Below, piece after piece: positions 28,111 to 39,865 of a DNA stretch of 64,000 nucleotides. Where the stretch lies: the NCBI GenBank assembly GCA_964247055.1, contig OZ176052.1, forward strand, positions 4,836,001 through 4,900,000. Direction: 5' to 3'. The notes below the pieces were generated by a model. The model ran no database searches, was not told the DNA's origin, and saw only the letters and a program-made list of their open reading frames with translations. Source of the DNA: Paragordius varius (lineage: Eukaryota; Animalia; Nematomorpha). Numbering within the stretch: the stretch's first letter is position 1; the number at the start of each line of letters is the position of its first letter. A program made the translations under genes and the position numbers.

Positions 28111-28878
28111 AAATGAACAAATTTTGTTAGTTTCTGATATGGCAGTTACTACAAAAGTATAATAACTTTCTTATATTTAGGCTATTTTTCATACTCCCCG
28201 ATTTCGTAGCGATATACAAGCTTAAGCTTTGGAATTCATAAATACCCCAAAATGTCGTTTACAAAGAATAAAAAAGTATGATCGAAACCCAGGTTGATAT
28301 AAAATTTTTTCAAATCTCAAACTTTTCGCTACCATTTTTAATTTTTTAATAATACAATATGCAAATAAATTCATAATTTTTAACAATATAAATTATTAAC
28401 ATCATTCATGTTTTGGAGCTATATTTTTTTGGATTTTTAGATCCAAGTAGAATATATATTCTTTAAGATAGTTTTTGGTTGCACTGTATATATACTTCAG
28501 CCTAAAAAATTGTAATGCAGTGTTTACACAGCTGTCGGTGTATTCTGCGAAATTTATATTATTAAATATATATTTATGATGGGATATATAGCATATATAT
28601 ACACCAGGTTTATAAATATTTAAATTAGAATTTAGTTTACTCAAAACTAGATGCAATTAGATATATTGTAATTAGTTTAGACAAGGTTAATTCTAATTAT
28701 TAAAAATGAAAGAATTTCTAAAATGATTATTATTTATGAGAAAACAACAACCCCGGGTACATCATAAAGTATAGGTAATTTCTGTCAATTTTTTGAATTA
28801 TATTTTTGTATATTATCACGTTGTTATTACATTTAATTTTATGACTCCTCTGGATAAAAAACCATATGAGACACAACT

Positions 28879-29163
28879 ATGAGAATTACCATTGAGGGTC
28901 CACCATGCCCAGATTGTAAATTAGTCGGAGGCGCTGCTTGCTTTGGTTTGTCCATAATTATTAACAATTTTTATACATATGTATCTCAATCCAAGTCAAT
29001 TGCTAAATATCCTTTAGTATTAAGTATAATTTTATACATCATAGCGTTTATATGCATGGGATCATACCTGACAATGGATTACATTGCTCATGACACAAAA
29101 TTGGGCATTAATTTTTCTCGCATTCCTTTCATTCCATATAATATATATGATCATTTTACATGA
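28879..29163 (+). CDS. Small single-exon membrane protein, DUF4536/DMAC1-like
   Basis: 94-aa ATG ORF with CxxC-K-L-V-G-G (CPDCKLVGGAACFGL) followed by two hydrophobic segments. This matches the DUF4536 pattern as I recall it. Confidence 0.55.
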   Translation: MRITIEGPPCPDCKLVGGAACFGLSIIINNFYTYVSQSKSIAKYPLVLSIILYIIAFICMGSYLTMDYIAHDTKLGINFSRIPFIPYNIYDHFT

Positions 29164-29412
29164 TGCAAAACTATTGAATTTCTGATGCTGTAATTTAAAT
29201 ATGGCGTTAAACATAAAATCTGCATCCTTGAACCCATTCTAAGGAATTTGATATTTTTATTATAGAGTATAAAGATTTATATTACATTCGAAACATGATA
29301 AAAATATAACCCCATCATTAGTTAAATAAGCTAAAATCTTTGTGCCGCAACTAATATTTTAATTGCAACCGACTAATCATATTCCCACGTTATTCGTCAA
29401 AATTGAAGGTGG

Positions 29413-30264
29413 CAGAGGCGTAGCTTGCATTTCAACTAGGGTTGTGCTGGGTCAGTCATTTAAAAAAACAGTTGTTTTTTGAAAAATTGCTGGTAATTTT
29501 TTTGGAAGATAAATAGTAAAATTATATTGTTTTATAATATTTTTTAAAAAATTTATTTTAAATATTTAAATATGCTTATTTAACAATATAAAATTGTTAT
29601 ACATGCATCGTTATAACATTAGCATTCCAGTTTGAAAAACAATCAAGCACTTTACAAGATATGCAATTATTCCATATATGTAAACCAATATTTTGAATAA
29701 ACATTTTATAATTGGATATTTCAATGATGAAAGAAAGTTTAGAACTAACCAAATAAAAATTAAATATCCAGTATTAAAAGCTATGTATTTTAAGTTCAAA
29801 AGGGCACATACATGTGGTAAAATTTATTTGAAAACAAAATACTTGATTAATTTGATTAAAATATTTGTAAATACTAAAAATTAAAAGAATATAACCTTTT
29901 TAGAAAAAACTTGACATTATTAGTAAAACGCAAGTGTCGTACTTGACAATCCAGTATCGCATGAGATTTACTTAAGTAAAAAGTGGTCATGACCATGGTC
30001 TGACGGGACTTTTTTAAAAAAGCAGTCAAATGCACAACCCTAATTTCAACCGCCTGAGGCATATATCCGTGATGGCGCCCATGCGACCCCTCGCATTTTA
30101 AAAAAGTATCAAATTTTAACCTTGGTCATGGCCAAAATAGGTGTTTTTTATGTATTATTTAAAATAAGAACTTTAAATACCTATTTAAAATTAAATTTTT
30201 CTAAAATCCGGCCCTTCAACCACACTCGGTGCATTAGCTCCCCTTCCCTCTAGCTACGCTTCTC
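29413..30264. mobile_element. Non-autonomous hAT element
   Basis: TIRs cagaggcgtagct / agctacgcttctc with a near-perfect 8-bp TSD gaaggtgg (29405-29412) / gaaagtgg (30265-30272). A matching right end (aaatgcaagctacgccatct) lies near 39029-39048. Confidence 0.7.
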
Positions 30265-30299
30265 GAAAGTGGCTGATTTTAGGTAGGATTTGATTTTTT

Positions 30300-31990
30300 T
30301 TTCCAAAAGGGTTCTGTATGCCACATCTTCAAGTTTCCAGCAAGGTTAAATTTTCTGTGATTGTGGAAACCAGGTTTTAAAAGGACGTCCTGGTCTAGAG
30401 CCTGTAGTGCGGAAATATTGCATTATTTGTAAGTAATTATCAGATGGCCATCGGTAAATATGACCTGCCCATCGCCGTTTGGCTCTGATGTGGGAATCGA
30501 GGTCTGAGATTTTAAGGATTTTGTATGGCTTAAATTCATTTTGAAAGCGGTAGAGCTTACTTAAAAGTGTAAGAATTGTTACTATTTTGGATTTAGAGAA
30601 TAAATTTGTGATGTTTGATTTTGCCACTGGCCAACATTCAGCGGCATTAGTTAAGGCTCGTATGATTATGGTAAATACTTTCCCTTTTTTTCAAGATTGA
30701 CATATTCAGTTTTTAAAATATTTTCTCCAGGCCTCCGCAGTGTTTTAGGGTTTCTTTTATTTCTCCTTTAGCGGAAATTTCATCGCCTAAATATCTAAAT
30801 TAGGTCACAGTTTCGTAGTAAAACATTGTAAAATCTGTAAAGTAAAGTGTTTTAGTTTTGAGGTTTTTATGGAGCCAAAATTTGCATTTAAGGCACCGAA
30901 TAGAATTTGATTTACTGCTCCAGATTCTGCAGGGAAATTTTAACGGTTTTCTATCATCATACATTATTTTTGTTTATTTAATATAACTTTGAGATCATAT
31001 TCCTCAAGACAGCTTTCCAGGCATCTATGGCTTGTGTTAGTCGGTGTTTGTATGTATCCATGATGATCGGATCATCAGCAAAGAGTAACTGGTAATCTGC
31101 GAATATCTTTAGTTATTTTATCCATTTTTGTCCATGCCCTGAAAAGAATCTATTGGACCAGTTAGACTGTAGGATGTTCTGATTTTGGCTTATGTACTAT
31201 TATAAAATATTATTATACTTTTGATTAGCCATTCCTCCAGCCCCTTATATCTAAGGGCCCATATTATTAATGGCCAGGGTACGGAATCAAAGGCCTTTTA
31301 AAGTAGACATTGTATAGTAGGATGTTTCGAAGATGAGCTGCTTGCATTTGACGTAAAATAAATATTGAATCCATCGTACTGCTGGATCGATTGCTTATCG
31401 TCCAAATAAACTTTGGAGCATATTTTTTCGTAGAATATGAGTCCAAAGAGTTTAAAAGTGCCTTCTAAGATTCCAATAAGCCAATAGGATTACGGTAGAA
31501 GAGCATCACCCTTTCCTTATAAATAGATATTATGATGCTGTTTTGCCATCTATAGGGATGGTTTCAGAGGAAATGATAAGATATAACAGTCTAGTTAAGT
31601 AAGAGGAAGTAATGCCACTAGCTTTTAACATGTCAACGGTTAGTTCAGATTAGCCTCTTTTTTAGTTTGGCAATAGAATCACGGATGTTGATATCGTCGA
31701 TAAATTCAGCGCATTCGGATATCGAGGGTTTATAAGGAAAGTTCGTGCATGTTGATTTAAGTTGCGGTAAAGAAATAGGCGAAGGTACTGTTTACCATGG
31801 ATGGGTTATGGGATATATTTTTATTATTTGTGGCTTTCACAGATTTTATGTTTGATGACCTTTTGTTGGGGTTTGAATGTGTAACATATCTGTAAAATGT
31901 ATTGCTAATATGTTCCTCGATATTATTTGCAATATCCAAAGTTTTGAAATTCATAAATAAACAGATAGGTAATTCTGCACGCACGCTAAA
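30300..31990 (-). pseudogene. Fossil RTE-clade non-LTR retrotransposon
   Basis: Frameshifted RT pieces: DKITKDI..LLFADDPIIM..RLTQAIDAWKAV (~31000-31130), an NSIRCLKCKFWLHK Cys motif (~30870-30920), and the RTE-type C-terminus KRRWAGHIYRW...RPGRPFKTW (ORF 30346-30627). Confidence 0.7.
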
Positions 31991-33179
31991 ACTTCTATCT
32001 TACATTACAAGGTAAAAACGCGATCTCAACTAGTTTACTTTATCTACACATGAATAGCCTTTTTAATTTTTTTTTGAAATACTTGTCAAATGAAAACACA
32101 ATTTGATAACGGGATTACCGAATTTTAATTGGTAAATTTATAAAATTATTTGGTCCATGATTATATTATTTTTGGACTATGATTACTCATTGTATCCGTA
32201 TATGAGCTCTCTCTATTATTGCCATCATCTTAGACGTTATACTCAATATTACACACTTAAAACACTGTTTGCTGTTTTAAAAATCGGTTTACCTGTACGA
32301 TTGTGCCTGTAAAATCTGTGGATAAGTTTAACTAATCCATGTTTTGGAGAACTTACATATTGTTTTTTTCCTAATGAGGTTTATTTTGATAAAATTGGTT
32401 TAGGTTTGGAATTTTTATGTTTAGGGCGAATAATTATATTCAATTTCTATATCCATTGATTGAATTTCATATGCCACGTATAGCTGGCCATAGGGGTATA
32501 TCGAACATATGCCTAATGTATAAAATTTTTTCTTTGACAGATATCTGTTTTTGAGTACTGACTGAATAACCGGATACCAATTCCAATAATTGTAAATTGA
32601 GCGTATTTGATTCTTTATATCACCTCTCTCTCTCTCTCTTTTATAGTAGTAATATAAAAGGCGATAATATCAATATTTTATATCTGTGGATTTTCTGGCC
32701 AACAATACCCGATACTTCGTTTGTGATGGCTGGATATTTTGATAACTAACAGCTGATACCACTTTTTGTTTTGCAAAGACACACAGACAATGGGTTTCAC
32801 TCCATTGCATGCATAAAAAATATGGTGTCGCCACATAACCTTGAACATATTATTCACAAACTGCCTGAGATTTTACTCCAAAATGTATTCTATCTATTAA
32901 ATTTAATGAAGTGTTAAATAAATAATAACCACTATCATAATAATTGAATATTTCTAGAAATATTTTAATTTAAAAGAGATGCATAGGCTTAAAAATACGT
33001 TTTTTCCACTCTAAAAAACTAGTAACTCAGAAAAAAACTTTAACTATATCAATGGAACATGCTAATATAGTGATATATTACTATTACAATACATGTTTTT
33101 CACATAAGCGGGTTTATTTTAGACAACCTGGACCCATTTAACTATGTCTATAGCATTTTCAACTTTAAAGCTTGTATTT

Positions 33180-33790
33180 TGCCAGTTCTTGGTTTTTTCC
33201 ATTCGTTTCGTTTTAGGACACCCAAGTCCTCGTTCCTTCAACTATATGCTGCATATCGTTTTGCAATATAGTAAGGAATCCTTTCAATGTGCCCAAAGCA
33301 ATATAAAACATCCGTGATCCCCTGAATATCTTTATTCTTAAATGTTTTTCTTGTAATTCCAATTTAAGATTTTCATTCTAACATTAAAATGGCTTAATTT
33401 CCCCATGACTGTGAATCTTACATCATCCTGAGTTGGACAACTGAGCTATATATCTTACTTTTTACTTTGATATCATAATTTCTATTGTTAATTCTCTTCC
33501 AATTTACTAAACTGCTCTTTCGTCAACGATATCTAGCAAAAGGCCTTTATAAAATTGCGACTTTCTTTACCCTTCAAAACCCAACCTGTATCAATATATA
33601 TCATTTTCTCTGATAAATTTGTTGTTGTTGACTTTCAAACGGCATATTCAATCCAATAAACCATTTGTTTACCTTTAACTCAAGGCAGTAAAACAAGTCA
33701 TAATAATTATGTCATCAGCATACATGATACATCCATAATAACAAGGACTAATTCGTCTTAATAGACATTATGCTTTATGCTAAAGGGTTT
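33180..33790 (-). pseudogene. Fossil non-LTR retrotransposon RT fragment
   Basis: YGCIMYADDIIIM (~33705-33745) and FGHIERIPYYIAKR (~33255-33300), with stops and frameshifts between them. Confidence 0.65.
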
Positions 33791-35171
33791 TAGTGCTTAT
33801 AAAAGTTTTTCTGGAGGTGTGTGATATACATAATTTTCGAATTTTTACGGCGAAAACTTAAGCAAAAAGTTTTTATATAAATAGACACTTTTGTGTCCAC
33901 CTTCAAACCCCGTGAAAATGTTTTTTAACAGAGTCACAAGAAAAAACCTGATGAAATATATGTATGTTAGGAAAATGTATCAAAATTATCATGGTGTGGT
34001 TTTGGTCCTTACGAATGATTTAAAAAATTACATTTTAGTGCAAGGGCCTTATATCAGAAAATGGAAAAATTTACCACAATAGAATAAATATCACTAAAAT
34101 ATATCAGAAACTACATATAAGCAAAACATATTTTTTATAAAAATATAACTATTTAGAAGTGGACTCCGAAAGTCCCACTTTTTTCGCTTACATAGGATAG
34201 TTTTTTTTAAATAAACGCAACAATGCCGAGATTACGCAATAAAAAATTTAAATGTATGCTAAATTTTAATATAACTGAATTGTACTTAAAAACGCGTAAC
34301 ACATTATAAAAACACTTTCTATATAATTCGATGATGCGGAACATTTTTATCACTTCAAAATTTTGATAAAATTTTTGTTCATCCTTAAGATTATTATAAA
34401 TATAAATTGTTTCTTTTTGCTAAATTTCATTAAAATTTTAACGCAAACGAACCTTTAAATTAAAATTCTGAAGCCATAGAAATGTTCATCATCGAATTAT
34501 ATAGAAAAAGTGTTTTTATATGTCTTAAACCCTTTTTATACTGTTTCAATTTTCCCTCATAATAGTGTGAAGTACGTTTCAACAAACCTTTGCTAAAAAT
34601 ATACTTTCTAAAAAGGTAATATTTTTTTAAAAATATTTCTAGTTGATATTGAAATTTAGCTTATATCTAACCATTTTATCGCGCAATATTGCATTTTTGC
34701 GTTTATTTAAAGAAAGCTAGCCCATTTTAGAAGATCGAAAAAATTTGCAATATTCGGAGCCCACATGCAGTGGCGCATCTAGTGGGGAAGGGGGTTGATG
34801 CACCAGACAGTTGAAGGACGCTGGATTTTAAATTTTTTTATATTAAAAAAATAGGTATTTAAAAGTTATTATTTTAAATGATGCACAAAAAATCACCTAT
34901 TTATGAGTGGTCATGACCCTCATCAAAGTTCTCCTTTAGTATTATCAATATTTAAATATAACCAACTGTTTCATATCCTTACTTATTATATCTCTATTTA
35001 TCTTCAAGCGCTACCTTTCTTAATTTCAGCCTGTTCATATCATTCATGGAACCTACCTTTAAATGTTTGCTTTAAGTAACCAACAATAAGGATAAGATCA
35101 TTATAATTTTATCTTAATTTTTTTCAAAATTAATATTGGTGCTCAATACCACCCATTATGTTTTAAATTGC

Positions 35172-38100
35172 ATATACCAATTTTCTTGCAAAATAACATT
35201 TTTTCAACCAAACGCAACATTTTTTCAAGTAAACGTATCATTTTTTCAAGTAAACGCAAATTGTTTTAACCAAACGCAACAGTTTTTCAACCAAAGAGAA
35301 CATTTTTTCAAGCAAAAGCAATAATTTGTTTTATAAATAAAACAATTTTTTTTATTTTATGACAATTTAATTATTAAGTATTTATATAATTATAAGTTAC
35401 TATAATTAAATTTTAGCCTTTATGATTGTTATTGTTTTATCATCAATGTTTGATGGTGAATAGATTTTTAAACATTTTAATTTTACCCATAAATTTTAAT
35501 TATTTTTTTCTTTTACAACTTTAATTTCACCTAATTTATGTACGATTTCCGCCTTAAGAGTGTCCTTGAACACTTCCAATTGGTCCTTCAATATTTTAAT
35601 TTTAATTCTAACTTTTATTAATAAAGCAATAAAATATTCATTTATCCTATCATTTTAAACCTCTCTTTATTTAACCTAACCTTTTAAATTATACCATTTT
35701 TTTTCATAAGAACCGTATATTCTTATTATCTATCTATATATTTTATAAAATGGAAAACGCTGGCTTTGTGATCTGGTACCGAAAAACCGGTAGACCCAAT
35801 CAAATTCAAACTTCGAAAAAATATAATCATTAATAAATGCCCCAATAGCTTCGCCCTTTTTTGGGCCCCCAGTTCGAGCCCACCCCGTGTGAAAAACGGG
35901 TTTTTTTGAAAACAGAAGTCCACAAAATTCGTGTCTTTGATACAAGTTTCTGGAGAACGTGTTGGACCATTTAATTTCAAATATAATTTTTGTTTACTTA
36001 TTTTCGATTGCGCCGAGTCGTCTCAAGGCCCTGTTTTTACCCGCTCCCCGCGTAAAATGCCATTTTTTTCCCACAAAAATAATTTTTATAATCTATTTTT
36101 CGCCCAGGGTATGAGACGGTAAATATTCAATAAGGATTCCAGGTATTTCCTATTAAAAGCCAAAAACTTTAGTCGGCTTTTCTATTATATCGGCTGCCGG
36201 GTAAGGAGTTACCCGCTAAGAACTGATCCGTCATATCGAAATAGCGTGCCTTTGGGGCTAAATTTCAGAAAACCTATCCGGCCATATGAGTTCAATAGGT
36301 GCTTAAAATGTTACCCGTAACAAGGCAAAAATTTATGCGGTGCGGTTTTTTAAAATTAGCCGTTAGGCCCTTCGCGCCCTGAAAAATGCGCCACCATAGA
36401 GTGACTTTTTGGTTTTGAGGCAATTTTCGAAAATCCCGCGAGAGCATATGGAATCAATCATGATTCTAGGTATTACTCGAATTAAGGCCAAATTTTACTC
36501 AAGCGTTTTTTTGTTTCGCCCCAGGTTAGGGGGATGCCCGCGTCACCTATCGATACAGCATGCTTTTGGAGCCATATTTGGGAAATATGAGACTATGTGA
36601 GTTCAATAAGGGCCTAAAATATTTATTATCCCTTAAAAAAATTTTGTTATAGTGGGTTATTTCAATGAGTCGTTAAGTTACGCCCTAAAAATGGGCCGCC
36701 ATAGAACATATTTTTAGTTTTAAAGCAATACTTCCAAGAACTTATATGAACATATGGAATCGATGATTTCCAGATAATCCTTATATAAAATCAAAAATTT
36801 TGCCCGACGCTTTTTTTATACCTGCCTCTGGGTTAGGAGCTACCCGCCAAAAATTGCGCCACTATATAGAAATTGCGTTGTTTTGAGGCAAATTTACAGA
36901 AAATTTATGAAGCCACATCAGATCATTAAAAACTTGAAATATTACCGGTAACTAGGTAAAAATAAAATCAGGCGTTTTTTATTAGTCGTTGATTTGGGGC
37001 CTCTATGCCCTATGCGCCATCATATAACGATTATTTAGTGTTGAGGTATTTACGAATAACCCAAATAACCCATGAGACAATGGTATAAACGATGATTCCA
37101 AATATTTGCCCAATAAAGGCAAAGAGTTTAACTCAGCGATTTTATATAGGTCTATGAGTAAGTACCTGTTTAAAACTGAGACGCCACACAAAAATGGCGT
37201 GGTTTTGGAGCTAATTTTCCCAAAACTTAAGAGGCCATACGAGTTCAGTTAAACACATTTCTGGAAAATTTGTATAATATTCTTTCCTTTAAAAAGGGAC
37301 CACAAAGGATTTACTTTTTATATCCCTTGATCCCAGCTGTGTGAACACAATTTCAAAATAAAACTTTTAATCATGATTTTGCAAAACGAAACTTAAAATA
37401 AATTCAATGATAGTTGAATATTAACTTTAATAATGGACAGTTTTTATATGGTCAATTTCGAATAAACAATATTTGAGTCTATGCAAAACCCGTAAAAGAA
37501 TAAGAGACATTCTTTTTATTAAATATATTTATATTTCAATTACTTTATTTATTGCAAATTATTTAGAATAATTATCGGAGAGACTACGTCACAGGGAAGC
37601 GTGACAGGGCCAGCTAGTTATCTATAATTTTTTTCAATTATATTATAAATTATTTAAGCTTTGTGGGTTATTGTTTGTAATATTTAGTTTAAACATAAAG
37701 GTTATAATATTGTTGAATTCAAAAAAGTTAGTTCAAAACAAATAAAAATGTTTTTAAAATGAAAATGTAATTTTGAATCATATTAGGTTAAATATAAAAA
37801 AGATAATTTGATACAAAAATAACGGTTATATGCAAACTGCAAAAAATGTAAGGACCAACTTTAAGTGAAGGACAACTTTAACTCTTTGAATACACTTTTG
37901 AAGGGCAAATTGAAATTGATTAAATAAAGTTGTAAAAGAAAAAATTAATATAATCAATGCAATTAAGGACGAAATTAAAATGTTTGAAAATCAATTTACC
38001 ATCAAACACGCTAAAATTAAATTACATTAACTTAAGATTAAATAAATACTAAATAATTAAATTGTCATAAAAGAAAAAAATGTTTTTAATAAAAATTGTT

Positions 38101-38250
38101 CTTTTTGCTTGAAAAAATGTTGTCTTTGGTGGAAAAAAAGTTGCGTTTGGATGAATAAATGTTGTCTCTGCTCGAAAAAATGTTGCGTTTGCTTGAAATG
38201 TTGCGTTGGGTTGAAAAAATGTTGTTTTTGCATGAAAAATGGAATATTAT
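35172..38250. mobile_element. Foldback-type element: ~450-550 bp inverted arms with 21-bp tandem subrepeats, flanking a Helitron
   Basis: Left arm ~35172-35600 (units like ttttttcaaccaaacgcaaca) is an imperfect reverse complement of the right arm ~37850-38250. A collapsed hairpin copy lies at ~55660-55860. Confidence 0.6.
35733..37617 (+). mobile_element. Non-autonomous Helitron (family A body, different 3' end)
   Basis: Starts A|TCTATATATTTTATAAAATGGAAA. Body is homologous to 3498-4860. Ends with a gtcac-agggaagc-gtgac hairpin and CAGCTAG|T. Confidence 0.8.
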
Positions 38251-39262
38251 AAGAGCAAATTCTAATATAAATGTTGTTTATTTTTGTCTTTCCCAGATTA
38301 GGGCATGACGATCTACATATCATCCCGTCCTTTTTTCTTTTTCTTTCTTCTTGAATTTAAAATATTTCTTTTTTCATTATTCCACTATTTATTAGAGAGG
38401 TATCAAATATGATTATATATATTTTGATACATCCATCGCCAACCATATTTTAATCGTGGAGTTATGTTTAAACTAGTTAAACAATTATATTGTTTGTTTT
38501 CATGACCATAATTTGTTTATCTGTTGCCATAAAAAAGAAAAATTAATATTTGATCAAAATATAATGGGACCGACCGTTTTGAAATTAAATGTCTTCATTG
38601 AAAAAATGAAATAGGAACCGAAATCAGTAAAAACCGACTAGGAACCAGACCCTAAAACGGTTCCGGTTTAAATTCTTTTTTATACTAAAGCTTTAATATT
38701 TTTAAGTTGTATTCCAATCGTTCGCTATGTAATATAATCAATATAATCTCGAAGGGTACGATAGGATAACAGATCAAATAAAATAAATATTTTAATTAAA
38801 TTATTTTATCAGGAATGCCTAAACTTAGCGGTTTTCGAAATAAAAATCTAAAATTGAAAGAAAATGTTAGCGCGCAAAAATTAAGAGAAAGGTTGTAATC
38901 TTTGCTAAACTAATATCATAATACCTTCCACTTTACTGCCCGCCGCTCAAGGTGTGAATTTGATTTTTAAAAAAATGCAAGGGGTTGCATGGAGGGGAGT
39001 CATCATGGAATCCGCACCGGGCGCCAGAAATGCAAGCTACGCCATCTAAAAATTAAAATTTTAAAAATATTATTTTGCTTTTTATATGTAATTTATGATA
39101 TATTTTAGTGTTATTTTTGGAATGATGCATTTAACTTTCGTGAAAAAATTTTAATAAAAATCGCGCAAATTTGCAATTTTTGACATGAAGCACTTACAAA
39201 ATTGATAACATTCTTATATCAATAGTAAGGGCCAAAACAAAAAGCACATCCTGATACATTTT

Positions 39263-39266
<4 letters not shown>

Positions 39267-39324
<58 letters not shown>
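39267..39324. repeat. (TA)n microsatellite
   Basis: Uninterrupted TA run of about 58 bp. Shorter runs near 9998-10020 and 63887-63918. Confidence 0.95.
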
Positions 39325-39327
<3 letters not shown>

Positions 39328-39865
39328 TCAGGTTATTTTTTTATACCCACCGATTTTAGACGAGTGTAATTGAAATTTTCCTATTAACCATGTGCCTAGG
39401 GAGGTAGTCAAATTTGCTAGCATATAAGCAAATTGATCTTTTACAGTTATGATTCATTTTTCCATTATTTTTTTAATATTTTTATCGTCTGCGACTCAAG
39501 TTCGTCCATCCCCTTTTCCGTCAAAAGAAAGTATTGAGCTTTCCCTATATTCACTGAATGTTATGAGTTGTAACAATATTAATTATAAACAGACTCTAAA
39601 AATTTTTTATTCCTGCGTGTCCAAACACGTTCCAGTAATTTCCTACACCTTTATAGATCTATTAAATTGACCTGTTAGCCCTCATAGCTTGGTCCGCATA
39701 TCAAAGTGTCTCGCTTATTTCTTCGCTTAGCCTTACAAAACTATTAAATCCAATCCGTTTTTATAGTTGAAAATGTAATCGAGAATTCTTGATACTATAC
39801 TATTTAATATATATTTCAAATTAAATTTATTGTGCCAAATCTATTAATACAACCAAAAACTTATA

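Noticed and set aside
19900-28700. Many 60-85 aa AT-rich ORFs from the supplied track
   Set aside because: Ile/Asn/Lys/Phe-rich composition expected by chance, with no motifs and no coherent exon chains.
35190-35330. 21-bp periodic repeats resembling a CRISPR array (and ORFs 35136, 38057, 55662)
   Set aside because: No unique spacers, no cas genes, eukaryotic context; these are foldback subrepeats.
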